Shown: one piece after another, positions 39,918-52,697 of the stretch | Layout: each line of letters begins with the position of its first letter | How positions within the stretch are numbered: position 1 is the first letter of the stretch | Assembly (NCBI RefSeq): GCF_964355755.1 | Contig: NC_092676.1 | Span: 14,650,871 to 14,714,870 of the forward strand | DNA from: Antedon mediterranea | Taxonomy: Eukaryota > Animalia > Echinodermata | DNA: 64,000 nt | Reading direction: 5' to 3' | The notes under the pieces: model-generated | What the model was told of the DNA's origin: nothing | The model's input: only the letters and a program-made list of their open reading frames with translations | The model's database searches: none | Position numbers and translations under genes: made by a program

Positions 39918-40757
39918 TTAGCCAACTTGAATACAAGCTATTTCTTTCGCTGCTTTTCTAAATTCAGTAAGTCGAAACCAGTAGATGATTGGGTTTACAA
40001 GAGCATTAACAGTCATCGAACATACAGCGATATAATATAATAGAAAAGAAATCGTTTCATCATCTATATAAACGAAAAAATATATAATGTGTAGTAGAAC
40101 TGCTAATCCATGTGTTACATCAAACACAAGGACTATTACGCAAAATGTAACCAACATTTTTTTGCCCTTTTTAAGTTTTTGTGTGGATAATACACAGGCC
40201 TTGTTGTTAGAAATGGTCTTATAGATTGTAATATACAGCGTTGTATTGAGAGTCATGTAGACCATTGCGGACATAGCCATTGTGAAATATACAACATCCC
40301 TGGCTAAAGCGATGAAGGCGGTTTTAAAGACTACAACAGTGATTACAGCGATTGTGCAAGTTTTCTTGGTGACAATGAGATGATATTTCATCGGAGCCCA
40401 AACGAGTGCGATATAACGGTCAATAGCGATACAAGCTATTGAACAAGCTGATATTAATAAACATACGTTTAAAATATAGAATACAAAATAACTATAATAT
40501 AAATTGGATGGCAGTGTGACAACCAGTATGACAAAAAGTGAACTTGATGCATCGGCAAAAGCTAATAAACTTACAAAGACGTTCTGTACCCTTCGAAGCT
40601 TTTTGGTCGCTATTATTAAAAACAACACGAAACTGTTAGCGAGAACTGAAAACACACACATCACGTTGAGCAATACAACAATAAATCCATTGATAATGCC
40701 AACACCATTATCTAGATCTTGTAAAGTTAGATTTAAACTAGTTTTGCTTTTTTCCAT
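39918..40757 (-). CDS. Intact intronless rhodopsin-class (class A) GPCR, 279 aa, orphan or chemoreceptor-like
   Basis: Seven hydrophobic segments, N-terminal NLT sequon, LAFAD, DRY and NPIIYWFR motifs; open from ATG to TAA. Confidence 0.9.
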   Translation of the reverse strand: MEKSKTSLNLTLQDLDNGVGIINGFIVVLLNVMCVFSVLANSFVLFLIIATKKLRRVQNVFVSLLAFADASSSLFVILVVTLPSNLYYSYFVFYILNVCLLISACSIACIAIDRYIALVWAPMKYHLIVTKKTCTIAVITVVVFKTAFIALARDVVYFTMAMSAMVYMTLNTTLYITIYKTISNNKACVLSTQKLKKGKKMLVTFCVIVLVFDVTHGLAVLLHIIYFFVYIDDETISFLLYYIAVCSMTVNALVNPIIYWFRLTEFRKAAKEIACIQVG

Positions 40758-41498
40758 TTTTCAAAATTTCTAAATTCTTCGAAAAAAAACAAACTTTTAA
40801 ACTACTTGGTTTCTTTCATTTGTTGATCGATTTCAAAATTCTTTGGGGTTTGAACAAAATTTAAAACCACTTTTCGTATACGTCACGAGGCACTAGTCAA
40901 GCTGCATCTGAGCATGCCCAGATCAGAATAATCATTATGCATAAAATCAATATTGTACAATCATCGTGATTATAATTTGACACCTAGCAATCACATCTGT
41001 TTTTAATTTGTTGTGCTGAAGTATACTCTGCATATTGCTCTGTAATATTGATGAATATGTGACACATGGATTGTTTATTCTAATTTTGCATACATCACCC
41101 AACTTGGAAATATATTTTTTGATAAAAATTAACATAACAGTAATTAAGGATGCTCCGCTATCATCGCGTGACGAGACATTATGACGTATCAATCTTCCTC
41201 GAAAAAAACAAACAACAATTTTCTTTCTGATCTTCTGGTTCCCATGACTATATATAGGATGCAACGCAATGACGTACTACGCACAAAGTAGTGACTTGAT
41301 CAATATTCGAACTGCGCCCAGCGGTCAACTCGTTACCTTCCGTACGTCCTAAACGGTGCGTCAAGTGCTAGTAGGAACCACGGTTTAAACCGTTCCCTCG
41401 AATGCATTTTTTTTCCATTCAGGATGTATCCTGATAATTTTATAATATGATCATCCTTAATTCTTTCCACAATTTAAACTGGGTGATTAAATTCGACT

Positions 41499-42349
41499 TT
41501 ATAGTAATGGTAGCTCACTACTCGTAGTACGCGTAATACCAAATTGAATACAAGTCATTTCTTTCGCTGCTTTTCTAAATTCAGTAAGTCGAAACCAGTA
41601 GATGATTGGGTTTACAAGAGCATCAACAGTCATCGAACAGAAAGCTATATAATATAATAAAAAATGAGTTGTTGCATCATCTGTAGAAGCTACAAATATC
41701 AGGCCTACACTGTGAATTAAAACTGTTAGTCCGTTTGTTATATCAAACACAAGGACTATTACGCAAAATGTAATCAACATTTTTTTTGCCCTTTTTAAGT
41801 TTTTGTGTGGATAATACACAATCCTTGTTGTTACAAATTGTCTTATAGATTGTAATATACAGCGTTGTATTGAGAATCATGTAGAACATTGTGGACATAA
41901 AGTTGAACCTTTGGCTATTAGGCGATGAACACGGCTTTGAATATTATAACAATTATTACAGCGAATGTGTAAGTTTTCTTGGTGACAATAAGATGATATT
42001 TCATCGGCGCCCAAACGAGTGCAATATAACGGTCAATAGGGATACATGCAATAAAACAATGTGATATCACTAAACATACGTTTAGCATATACACTACAAA
42101 AAGATTGAATGGCAGTGTGTACCGCAGTATAATAAACAATGAACTTGATGCATCGGCAAAAGCCAATAAACTTTCAAAGACGTTCTGTACCCTTCGAAGC
42201 TTTTTGGTCGCTAAGGTTAAAAACAACACGAAACTGTTGGCGAGAACTGAAAACACACACATCACGTTAAGCAATACAAAGTATACAATGCCAACACCAT
42301 TATATAGATCTTGTGAAGTTAGATTTATACTAGTATTGCTTTCTTCCAT
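41499..42349 (-). pseudogene. GPCR pseudogene 6, a close paralog of 39918-40757
   Basis: High similarity to the intact copy. Stop and frameshift after TM4 (about 41918) and an extra A in an A-run near 41785. Confidence 0.88.
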
Positions 42350-42705
42350 TTTTAAAAATTTCTAAATTCTTTGAGTTTGGAAAACAAAAACCACTTTTAA
42401 ACTATTATTTGTATTCTTCCACATGTCGATACATTTCGAAATTCTTTGGCTTTCGAACAACAAAAAAAACACTTCGCATTATACGTCACTAGTCAAGCTG
42501 CATCTGAGCATGACCAGATCAGAATCACCATTATGCATAAAACTATTCTGTACAATCATGGTGATTATGATTTGACACCTAGCAATCACATCACAAATTT
42601 AATTTGTTGTGCTGCTTAATTGTTCTGTCATGTGACACATGGTTTGTTTAGGAATATAGAAAGAGGATTGAAAACAGCATCTAGGCCTGAATGTGTCAGA
42701 CATTG

Positions 42706-43130
42706 TCATTTACATTGAATTGAAGTTATTTCTTTCGCAGCTTGTCTAAAGTTAGAAAGTCGGAACCAGTAAACGATCGGGTTTGCAAGAGAGTTAATCA
42801 CTAACAGATAGTGTAATACACAAATCACAACAAGTGTTTCCTTGATTGGTTTAATAGAAAACTTATCATTCATGTTGACGATATTATATAGACACATTGG
42901 TCCACATGTTATCATCTTCTGAGATGCGTCTGCACGGTGAGTTTACATTGGAATATCTCTTCTGTGTTTTTGAATGCTTTTGTAAATCACAAAATAAACA
43001 GCTGCGTTAACTGTGAGGTACAGATTATGATTACTGATCATACTTACTTTAGGTGGGCTATCAATTGTTGACAAGTTTTACAGCTAAAGCATGGCCGATG
43101 ACTGCTATAGTATAATTATACACTGACATA
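42706..43130 (-). pseudogene. GPCR fragment 7 (TM4-TM7)
   Basis: AAVYFVIYKSIQKHRR and NSLANPIVYWFRLSNFRQAAKEI. The 5' part is missing next to a TE. Confidence 0.8.
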
Positions 43131-43200
43131 TGCTACTAATTAAGCGTCAATCAAATAAGTTATTAAGTCGTTCTAATAGCGCATGTCAAACCTTCCGGTT

Positions 43201-44204
43201 TAGCCTGGGTGCAGAACAGTTATATACACATTTGCGGAAAAAAAAGTATAGAAACATTTTTTTTGGGTTTTCCTGATAGAGTATACCATACTATGAGAAG
43301 TAGTTATTAAAGTAAGCCTATGCTAATGTAATATAATGTTGCGTTGTTGAGGTACTAATGAAGACTCTGACTCGCTTGACTGTCGTAACACATATTGTTT
43401 ATTCAGTATAATACTTCAGTACAATATACAACTATAAGTATAGATAAGGAACGGAGGATCAATGATGCTGTCGGTGAGGTGTGAAGTGTGTAGGTCTGCT
43501 TCTGAAGAAGTGGCTGTAAGGTGTAGATGTTCTTCTGAAGAAGTGGCTGTGAGGTGTGTCTGGGCCCTTCTGAAACTTGGGAGTATATTGGCTCAGTTCA
43601 TTTGCATATGTCACTACGTAATCTTAGAGGGTAACGATTGGTCCTAAGTTGATCCAGGGGTGTTTAAGTGCGAGTGATTGATCTTATCTGGGGAGGTTAC
43701 AATGATGAATTGGCCCTGTCGAATCTCTGCTTAAAACTGTCAATATCTAATTGTTTTACGATGGGAACAGTCACAAAATTAAGCCAAGTGTTTTCTTTAG
43801 GGATTCTATTATAAACTAAATGGTCATTAAAACATCTGGACAAACTCTCCTCTGGACTTTCTGGGTCAAGTTTGTGAACCTATTTGAATTCTGATACAAA
43901 GGTCGATTTCTTAAATATAAAAGTATATCGTTATATTACACTAATTTTAATCATTAAAACACAACTCCAATTAACAAAAACCGTGAATTGGTTTTTCCCT
44001 ATCCCCTATATATAGGTATTTGTGTGTGTTAATAGGCATTTGTGTTTGTTATATAGGCCAACATTTTAAAGTGCCGTAAACAAATTTCCACCAAGACCCT
44101 GGGATGGGGATTTTTTTTCTGACATTGTGGTATACTCTATCAGAAAAACTAAAAAAATGTTTCCTATACATTTCCCCGCAAAATTTGTACTGCACCCAGG
44201 CTAA
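43201..44204. mobile_element. Non-autonomous TIR element with TAG termini (Academ-like)
   Basis: About 85-bp imperfect TIR tagcctgggtgcag...ctgatagagtatacca / tggtatactctatcag...ctgcacccaggcta. Flanking ggt(t) is duplicated. Confidence 0.78.
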
Positions 44205-44299
44205 GGTTTCCTAACATGCAATAGTGCTTTTAATAAACGGACTTGCTTCTATCACGATATCTATAGCCATAGCTTTAATTCCGCATAATATCTATTTCA

Positions 44300-45075
44300 C
44301 TGCCCCCTGTGAGTACACACCCCGGCCCAGAATCCGCATCCGCTGAATTTGGGATTTATAACAATGGATGGTCACTAAGTGCCTCGATGGGCCATCGCTA
44401 CCACTAAACATTGACAGGAGAATAAGAGCCGGGAAAGGTTTACTTGTTTACTTGTATCCGGAGCTCAGCAGTGCTGGGTCCGGAGTCGAGGCTAGGCTAT
44501 GCCTATAAACCCCTCTTGATAATTACATCAACTCTTGAATATGGCGCAAATTTTAGAGGGTGGTTAGACCATGCCCGTTCAAGACCTGACTTAAAATGTC
44601 TGGTTGATCTTGCATATACTACATCCTCCGATAACGAATTCCATAGTATAATAGCTTTTGGACTAAACGAGTCCCTCGTCCAATTTGTGCGTGAGAACTT
44701 AAATTTTAATTTAAAAGAAGGACCACGTGTTCTGACATCTTCATCAAGCTCAAAAAAAGAGTCAGCTGAAATACTATCCAAATGAGCTCTTTGCCTTCTG
44801 TATGCGAGAGTAGGTTGGTTGAGAATTTTCAGCCTTTCTGAATAAGGTAAATGACGAATGGAAAAAATAAGCTTGGTGGCACGTTCTTGGACTTTTTCCA
44901 GTAGGTCTTCCTCCTTACAATGAAGTGAGTTATAAACAACGTTGCAGTATTCCCAGGGTCGGACGAATAATAACTTTATATAAACGAAGAAAACCATCCA
45001 TATTTAAAAACTTGAAAGCTTGATATACCATGCCCAACTTCCGATTTGCTCTCATTGCTACATCTGCCACATGTA
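44300..45075 (-). mobile_element. CR1-clade LINE 3' fragment
   Basis: FVRPWEYC...LLEKVQERATKLI...LPYSERLKILNQPTLAYRRQR...TRG...WNSL. Confidence 0.85.
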
Positions 45076-45079
45076 CATT

Positions 45080-46386
45080 AACAAGGCCAACAGCCATTAA
45101 GTCGCGTGCTACAATGCATAGTGATACCGGACCGACAGACAGACCGACAGACCAACAGACCGACCGACCGACATAGTGAACTATACTGACCGAAATTACT
45201 GAACATGTTTAAAAATGTTGAAATTTTAAAAAACATTTATATTTTTTTAATTTACACGTGCGTAGCCTGTCACTTTTGACGTGCTCGTATAACGTAAATT
45301 CGAGTTGAAAAGTAAGTCAAGAAAACAGAAATCGGGCAAAAAGAGTGAGCAACAACATTTAACGCGCAGTGCGCGCGCAAAAATATGCGCACTCATGGCA
45401 ATTTTGTAAACGCTTAAAATTGCCTGAAACGTACTCTTATTTCATCGAAAATAAATTTTGAAAATTTTAAGCGTGCGTACGCATGCGTTACATGCGCTAC
45501 GCACGTAATTGTATTGCCATATGATGATTTATGCCCTGAAATTTATGAGTACCAAATTTTATTTAATTGTGATTCATGGTTGTGAAGATAGAAACATCAA
45601 CTCTGACCTCTCACTAATTAACACATGGCTCACCTCTAACCGATTATCATTACACACTGACAAAACTGAGGCGATGTTAATTGGCGTCCCTCAGCGGCTT
45701 AAACACAAAACAATAGACGTATCGATTGCTGCACAACCGATCAAAGTTGTAACTAACCACAAACACTTAGGTGTGCACATTGACAATCAACTTAACTGGC
45801 ATACCCATGTCAGTAAGTTGAGCTCTACACTTTCTTTCAAAATCCACACACTTGCACGAATTAGAAAATATCTTGACAAACGTACAGCACATTTATTTTA
45901 CAACACATTAATTTTACCACACATTGACTACGGTGCTCTTCTCTGGGGCACCGGAAGTAAAACAAACATTAATAAGATTCAAAAACTTCAAAATCGCGCT
46001 ATGCGTGTAGTTCTTCAAGCTCCGCCTCGCACCAGCACTCACATTCTTCTAACATCTCTACACATCATGAATGTGTCACAGAGGGTGCAGTACCAGGTAG
46101 GCTGCCTAGCTTTTAAAGCCATGAACAATATTGCCCCTCGATACATCACCCAACGATTTTCCACTGTTCCGATACACTCTATGAGGACTAGGGCTGCTTC
46201 CAGGGGAGACTTACTGGTACCCAAAGTTAAATTGGAATGTTTCCGGCGCTCTTTTATTTATTCTGCTTGTATTTTATATAATGTATTACCTTCTGTTTTG
46301 AAAGAATGTACAAATATTAACTCGTTTAAATTTAATTTTAAAAAACACATTTTATCGTAATTGTTTAATTGAATTTTTTTTTGGAT

Positions 46387-46427
<41 letters not shown>

Positions 46428-46867
46428 TAGTTTTAAATTTAAATGTATATAGTAGATTCGTATTAGTTAAGTATAGTTTTATATATTTTGTCATTTTTAA
46501 GAGGGCCCCTGAATATCAGCTGGCCTGCGGGTTCAGCTGGAAGGGTTACCCTCTATAAATAAAGTTGAAATAAAAAAAAATAAAAAAAAATATGATTACA
46601 AACGTGATTTCGTTAAATCGTGCGTAGACCGCGTAATTTTTTATTGCGCACCGTGAAAACATAACCACATTGATTCCTGGCCATAAGGAATATACTGTGA
46701 ACAATTGACCTAGCTAGATTAAACTGATATCAAGATAAGGTCAGAAAGCGATAAAACGCATAGTGATACCGGACCGACAGACAGACAGACCGACAGACAG
46801 ATCGACAGACAGACCGACCAACCGACCGACATAGTGAACTATAGAGTCGCTTCCACGCGACTAAAAA
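45080..46867. mobile_element. HINE-like composite element interrupted by a LINE
   Basis: aacaagg...agtcgcgtg head, (gaca/gacc)n microsatellites, agtcgcttccacgcgact hairpin tail; body shared with 18426-18918. Confidence 0.75.
45591..46590 (+). mobile_element. 5'-truncated L2/Crack-type LINE, apparently young
   Basis: Uninterrupted ORF2 C-terminus (WLTSNRLSLHTDKT, KHLGVHID, LPHIDYG, KLQNRAMRVV), 3'UTR, aataaa and A-rich tail. Confidence 0.88.
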
Positions 46868-48129
46868 CAAGTTTAGAGTCAATAGTAACACCGAGGTCTT
46901 TTTCATGATCAACTTCATTCAATACGAAACCACGCATGGCATACAGATGCTTGTTGTTTTTCTTCCCAAAGTGCATTACTTTGCACCCTTGTTAAATTTG
47001 ATGTGAAGCAAATGTGAATAATGTGGCCTGTAGTCGGATTTTTGTTCTGATACAGATAGTTATGCAGGCCTATAACATAGATACAGTATGTAAGCAATCC
47101 ATGGAATGATGATGGGTCAAAGAAGTAGAAGACGATGATAATTAAGAAATTTAGTCATTATTCGACATATTAAATCATTTAGGCATATACGTTTTTAAAT
47201 GAATTATCTTGGAGGAGGACGGCCATTTTTATGGTTAATCTGTGACAGTATAATACAATGTATCCCGTAGGGTCAGATCTAAATCCGTATGTTTTCACAT
47301 AATTACCATATACTAGAGGGTGATGAGCTCGCTTCCCTAGGAAGTGTAGACGATGGTTCTCGGAATGATAACGACTCGGTTAAAAAGGTTTTAGAAGGAC
47401 ATTCTGGTCTGGACGTTTTCGGTCGGTTACCATTATTGAAATGCTTGATATTCGTAAAACTAAACCTATACTCACTAACCTGTTTCACAGTGTCTTAGAT
47501 GATTAATAGCGTTTTACGTATAGTGTTTATTGTTTGGCAAGACCCTTATAGTGTGGATGTGGGGAGACGGAGTTAATTTTAGGGAGGTGCTTACTCGAGG
47601 GATACGTTACATTTTTTAGTTTTAATAATATGGTACATTTACAAATAAAATCCTGTAGTAGATATGAAAAGTGGTAAAAACGAACAAATGCTTGGTAAAT
47701 TGTAGATAACAGTCCGATGAAATCTACTATTGTGTTATAAATATAATACAATATTGTGTGTATAAATGTGCATGGGCGTTTAATTTGATGGTATTTGTGG
47801 TGGGGGGGGGGGGGGTGTTCCGGGCGTTTATTCAAATAAATACCATCCTAATTGGTATGATTAATACATTATTCCGCGACACAGTGAGCCGTTTTGGCCT
47901 AAGAAGGAAGACGTTTTGGACGGCTTGCAATATGGGCAGAAGTATCACATGATCCTAATAACGGGATACAGATAGCGCACAGTATACATAAAGTCCTGTC
48001 ACCGTACTCAACAAACTCGGCTATCGGGGTTTCATTCGAATTTCAAACAAAAACTCTTATCATCAGTTCTCTCGATGTAATTTTATATACTTATTCTCCA
48101 CAATTAATATACACCTATGTTTTATGAAT

Positions 48130-48642
48130 ATATTTAATTTGATATGTATTAATGTAAATAGCCTATTATTAAAAATCAACGTGTTATTCTTAGTGTTGTA
48201 ACTTTCAACTGTGTTGTTTGGTACAATAGTCTGAGTGCTAATGATAAAAAGAAACTTGACCGTACTATGAAAACTGCTAGTAAAATAATAGGAAGGAATG
48301 TCAATGTTATCGATGTTATTAGCCAAGTTAAGAAAATAATGGAAGATAACTTACACCTATTGAATGATAAATATGTTGTTAAAAAATCAGGTAGAATTTG
48401 TGCAATACCACTCGATGTAGGAAATCATTTGTCCACAAATTCATTCATGTTTCAAACTCAATATTTCAAAGATAGTTTGTTTTTTATTCCTTCTGTAAAT
48501 ATAACTTGTTTACTAATATAGTTTTTATGTATTGTATTGATATTTTTAATGTTTTATATATATGTATGTGTTTTTAAGCATCAAGGAAAACCAATTTCAT
48601 GTTCGCCTTGTTGTGTTCATGACAAAGATTCATCTTATCTTA
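48130..48642 (+). mobile_element. Rex1/L2-like LINE 3' fragment
   Basis: WYNSLSANDKKKLDRT(M)KTASKIIG-like remnant; tail caatttc...gacaaagattcatcttatctta. Confidence 0.55.
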
Positions 48643-49559
48643 CTACTGTACCTTGACATGCGCGGTCCGAAAATAAACAAAAAACTAAAATGGCTATCGC
48701 CACACACGGCCAACTTAGTTGAAACCAACCATGCAGGAAGTTGCAAGGTGATTGACACATCTTACCGTGAACCCGGAAATTACTTCTACCGCATATAGTT
48801 AAAAATCTACCGATAAAATCCGAATTTTTTTTATAAAACCCTTTATAATATCTTCCTAAGACAGAAATATGGAACAATATCATAATATTGGAAACTAATG
48901 TTATCAAATCTACGTTTCGCGGTATATCTGAGATAGATAAGGTATAAGGTATCCAAGGCGGAGATAATAACAACCTATATTATGTGTCCGTCTTCTAAAC
49001 CGTATGTATTTGGACCTTTTGTTTCTGTATTAATGTTTCAACACAAGTTTACATTGCTATGTTTGTTTCCCGTGGGTGTTTTAAATCTTTTGAGTATATA
49101 CATATGATTTTATATTATTTATTATATTTTTTATATAACATCACCTGTAAGTGGGAACATTGTTGTTGAAACGTTTTTTGAATAAATGAATAAAAATAAA
49201 TAAATCTACAGTATTAGTTTATCGTGGATCAAAAAGTTGACAATAAAAAGGAACTATGGAAAAATATTGCACAATTTTAATGAAACATATCTAGGGTTAA
49301 AATTGCTTAAATGTAATGCATCATTCACAGATATTAATAAATACTGTCAGACCAAAATTTAACGTAGTGGTTTCCCCACAGTTGCTCATTCATTATATCG
49401 TTATAAGTTTCATGTTTTTTTTTTAGAGATTCTGTTATAATTTATGTAAGCTTTATAATATTTTTGTAAAACAGTGGAACATTATCTGAATTAACATCAA
49501 TAATACTATAACATGACATATTAAGTAAAACATTAACATAACATTTTTTTTCTTTTCCC

Positions 49560-50830
49560 TTTTATTATTCCAGATAAAATTATATATTAGATTTGTAACT
49601 TGTGTATATACATATTTTGGAATATCAGTAATATTTGCAGCATATGTTAATTTAGATAGTGCAAGCCTTTACAGGATTACTATTCTACCAAAAATTGAGA
49701 GATTTCTAGCATTCCATGATTTTGAAGTCTTTTCTAGCTCTATTAATTTAACATCCAAGTTTTTCTGGTACATTCTTTTTTATTATACCCTACATATTCC
49801 TAAACTTTTATCGGATGTTTTACCCAATTTACATCTAAAGGCCTATCTATTTTGTTCTTCCAATCCAAAAAGCATTGTTTTTTTATTTAGTGCCATTCCT
49901 GATACAATTACACTGACCGCTGTCTTAATACTTTTGTCATTACCAACATACAAGACAGTATCATCGGCTAATTGACTTATTCTAGCTTCTAAGTTATTTT
50001 CATTATTTGTTTCTTATTCTAGATACCATTACCTCAACCACTAAAATAAATAACAGAGCAGATAGAGGACAACTTTGTCTAATACCTCTTTCCCTTTTAA
50101 AATTGTTTGAAACCCAACCATTGTTAACTTTGGCACATTCAACGTTATTATATAATACTTTTACCCAGTTACAAAAGAACATTCCAGAATTAAACTTTTC
50201 TAGAACATCGAACATAAAATTTCTACCAATAGAATAAAAAAAGCTTTCTTAAAATATAAGGTAATTATTGCCCCTTCGATATCAGTACATTCTGTACATG
50301 TACAATAAAGCAGGTCTTCTATTAAACGAATGCTTTCACTGGCGAAACGGCCTTTTATATAGCCTTTTTGGTCTTAACTTACTATTGATTTAATAACCAT
50401 TTTAAGTCTATTGGTTAATACATGTGCAAGAATGTTTAAGTCAGTGTTTAGGAGGGTAATGGGACGCCAATTATTTAAATTTTCTCTTTCTCTATTTATC
50501 TAGGATAATTCTTGGGAATTAAAACTTTCATTTAAAGCATCGAAAATTAAATGTTTAATATTATTCCAAAAGAACACATAACATTTAACACTTAGACCAT
50601 CCGATTATGGTGTTTTATTTTTTCCATCATTGAAAGGGTTTGTTACATTCATCAATAGTGACGTATCCTTCACAACTTTCTATTTCAGAAAGCTTTATTT
50701 ATATTAGATTTACAGGTATGTCTTAATTTTTTTCAGAGTTTATGACATTGTTTGCGTATAAACCTTCGAAATGTTGTACTTGTTCTTTTAAAATATCAAT
50801 TGGGCTCGTTTCTAAGCTCCCATCTTCTTC
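49560..50830 (-). mobile_element. Tx1/L1-clade LINE RT fragment
   Basis: NNWRPITLLNTD, QKGYIKGRF, NNGWVS...RGIRQSCPLSALLFILVVE, ISQLADDT. Confidence 0.85.
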
Positions 50831-50839
50831 AGATCTTCT

Positions 50840-52250
50840 GATATTAACCAGTAATCCAGCCTACGGAAATTGAGACTTCTTAAGATTTACTATCATTCCT
50901 AAATACTGAAGGAGCTTTAGGATATAATCCCTTTGTGACAATGCAACTAGGAAAATATCATCTAGGTATATCATTATGTGATGAATTGGATTAATTGAGT
51001 ATTGAGGGCGCTGCGTAGTCATTCTGTAATAGTAATATAATTGGAATACAGGTGACACTGTGTGATAAAAGACCGTGCGTAAGCAGAGCAGGTCTTTTGT
51101 TCGTTTTGTTTCAGGCTCTCGCTATGTTACAGTTTTGTTTGAGAGTTTGTTTAAGCTCTTGCTAAGTTCTTATTTTGTAAGTACTAAGCTTAACTTGTAT
51201 ATGTATAAGCAACTGATTTACCATATGTTATGTTATGCTATAATCATGCTTACAATTAATGAAACTTGCATTTACAATATTTATCTTAGTTTTGCTCGAT
51301 TGGAAGTATAATATCAGGAGTTGTTATCTTGTTATCACGAGTTGATGCTGTGTCATACGTTTGGTGTTGTACTATTATATTGTGATTGTTCGTTGTTAGA
51401 TTGGTGTTGTGAATTATTACTTATTGGTATAATTGACTGTTAGATACAGTGGTTGTTATTTGCTATTCATATTTTGCAGGGCTTGAATTCTTGTACTAGA
51501 AATGATTTAGGCCTATATAATGATTTGATGCTGGAGAAACTAATAAATCGGACTGAAGGAAAGAAACAAAGCGTATTCGCTATTCCGTTGACGAAGATGT
51601 GCATTATTGGTTTCATATTTTTTGTAAATAGCCGGGGTGCTGATTTGAGACTTCAAACTCAAATGTCAACCCGTTCCACTGGAACCTTAGAAAATTCATT
51701 TGATCTTGAGAATATCGGAATCATGAAATATGCATCTTATAGGTCTAGTGTTACCATCCAACTGTTTGGTTGAATTAGATGTTTGAGGAAATATATTGAT
51801 GTGGGGAATGTATTACTTTATAGCTCTTTCTTTTAACATTTCCTTGTCAAGGTCATTATTAGGGTATTTCACACAAAAGGCATCCTCACTTTTTTGGTTG
51901 AAGTTGGTTGCTTAGAGACCCGACTACATCTTCGTTGTCTAAAGGTATCCTCAGACAAAGTGCTTCCCGACCGCTGTCGCTTACGAGGCGTCCTAATTCT
52001 GGCTCTTTTTATAGATTAAAATTCATCTGTTGCTGTTGCATATCATTTAAGATTGCCAGTTGATTTGGTGAAAAATCAACTGTTGCTGGAGATTTAGGCC
52101 TAGACGTTGTACTTGAAACTTTTTTAATTGGATTTTTTTGCCATTTTTTTATTTTTCTTTGTTGACGAGTGACCATGACCCATATCAAGGAGGCGTGTAT
52201 CATCCTGTTCACTATCCTTTTTATACTTGAGAGTTTCTTCATTTATTATC
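50840..52250 (-). mobile_element. Decayed DIRS-type retrotransposon, interrupted
   Basis: WMVTLDL*DAYFMIPI (about 51710-51765) and IYLDDIF...LLQYLGMIVNLKKS. Confidence 0.7.
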
Positions 52251-52697
52251 GATATATATATAACATAACATGGTGACCCCGACTTCAGTTTTATATCAGA
52301 AAAGGAGGTAAATACATGCAGAAACAACAGAGCGGACTTTTGTGAAATTTCTATACCATAGGATTCACTGGGAGCTTGGTTACCTTCAGAATTGTTAATT
52401 GGACAAGATACCTGAAATTGGAAATACGTCACATATTACTTGGGAGTACAGTAAACAAAAAAAACTTGAGTATTCATTTTCATAAGAGGAGGATTATTGT
52501 GACACAACTTGAAGCAAACCAACAGTACCTAGCATAGGATAAAATACACTATCTACAAGTTAAGGAAGGAGTAAGACACTCCAAACTCATACTGTACTCA
52601 AGTTGATTGATCACCAAACACATGCTGTCAACAAGGAATTCCACTTTACTTTGTTTTGACCTAAACAAATATATATCAGTCAAATAAGGCATCAATC

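Noticed and set aside
45509-46360. 283-aa ORF as a host gene
   Set aside because: It is a LINE ORF2 C-terminus fused by chance to repeat sequence.
51059-51480. Possible solo LTR interrupting the DIRS element
   Set aside because: The composition is suggestive, but no clear TG...CA boundaries or TSD could be fixed.
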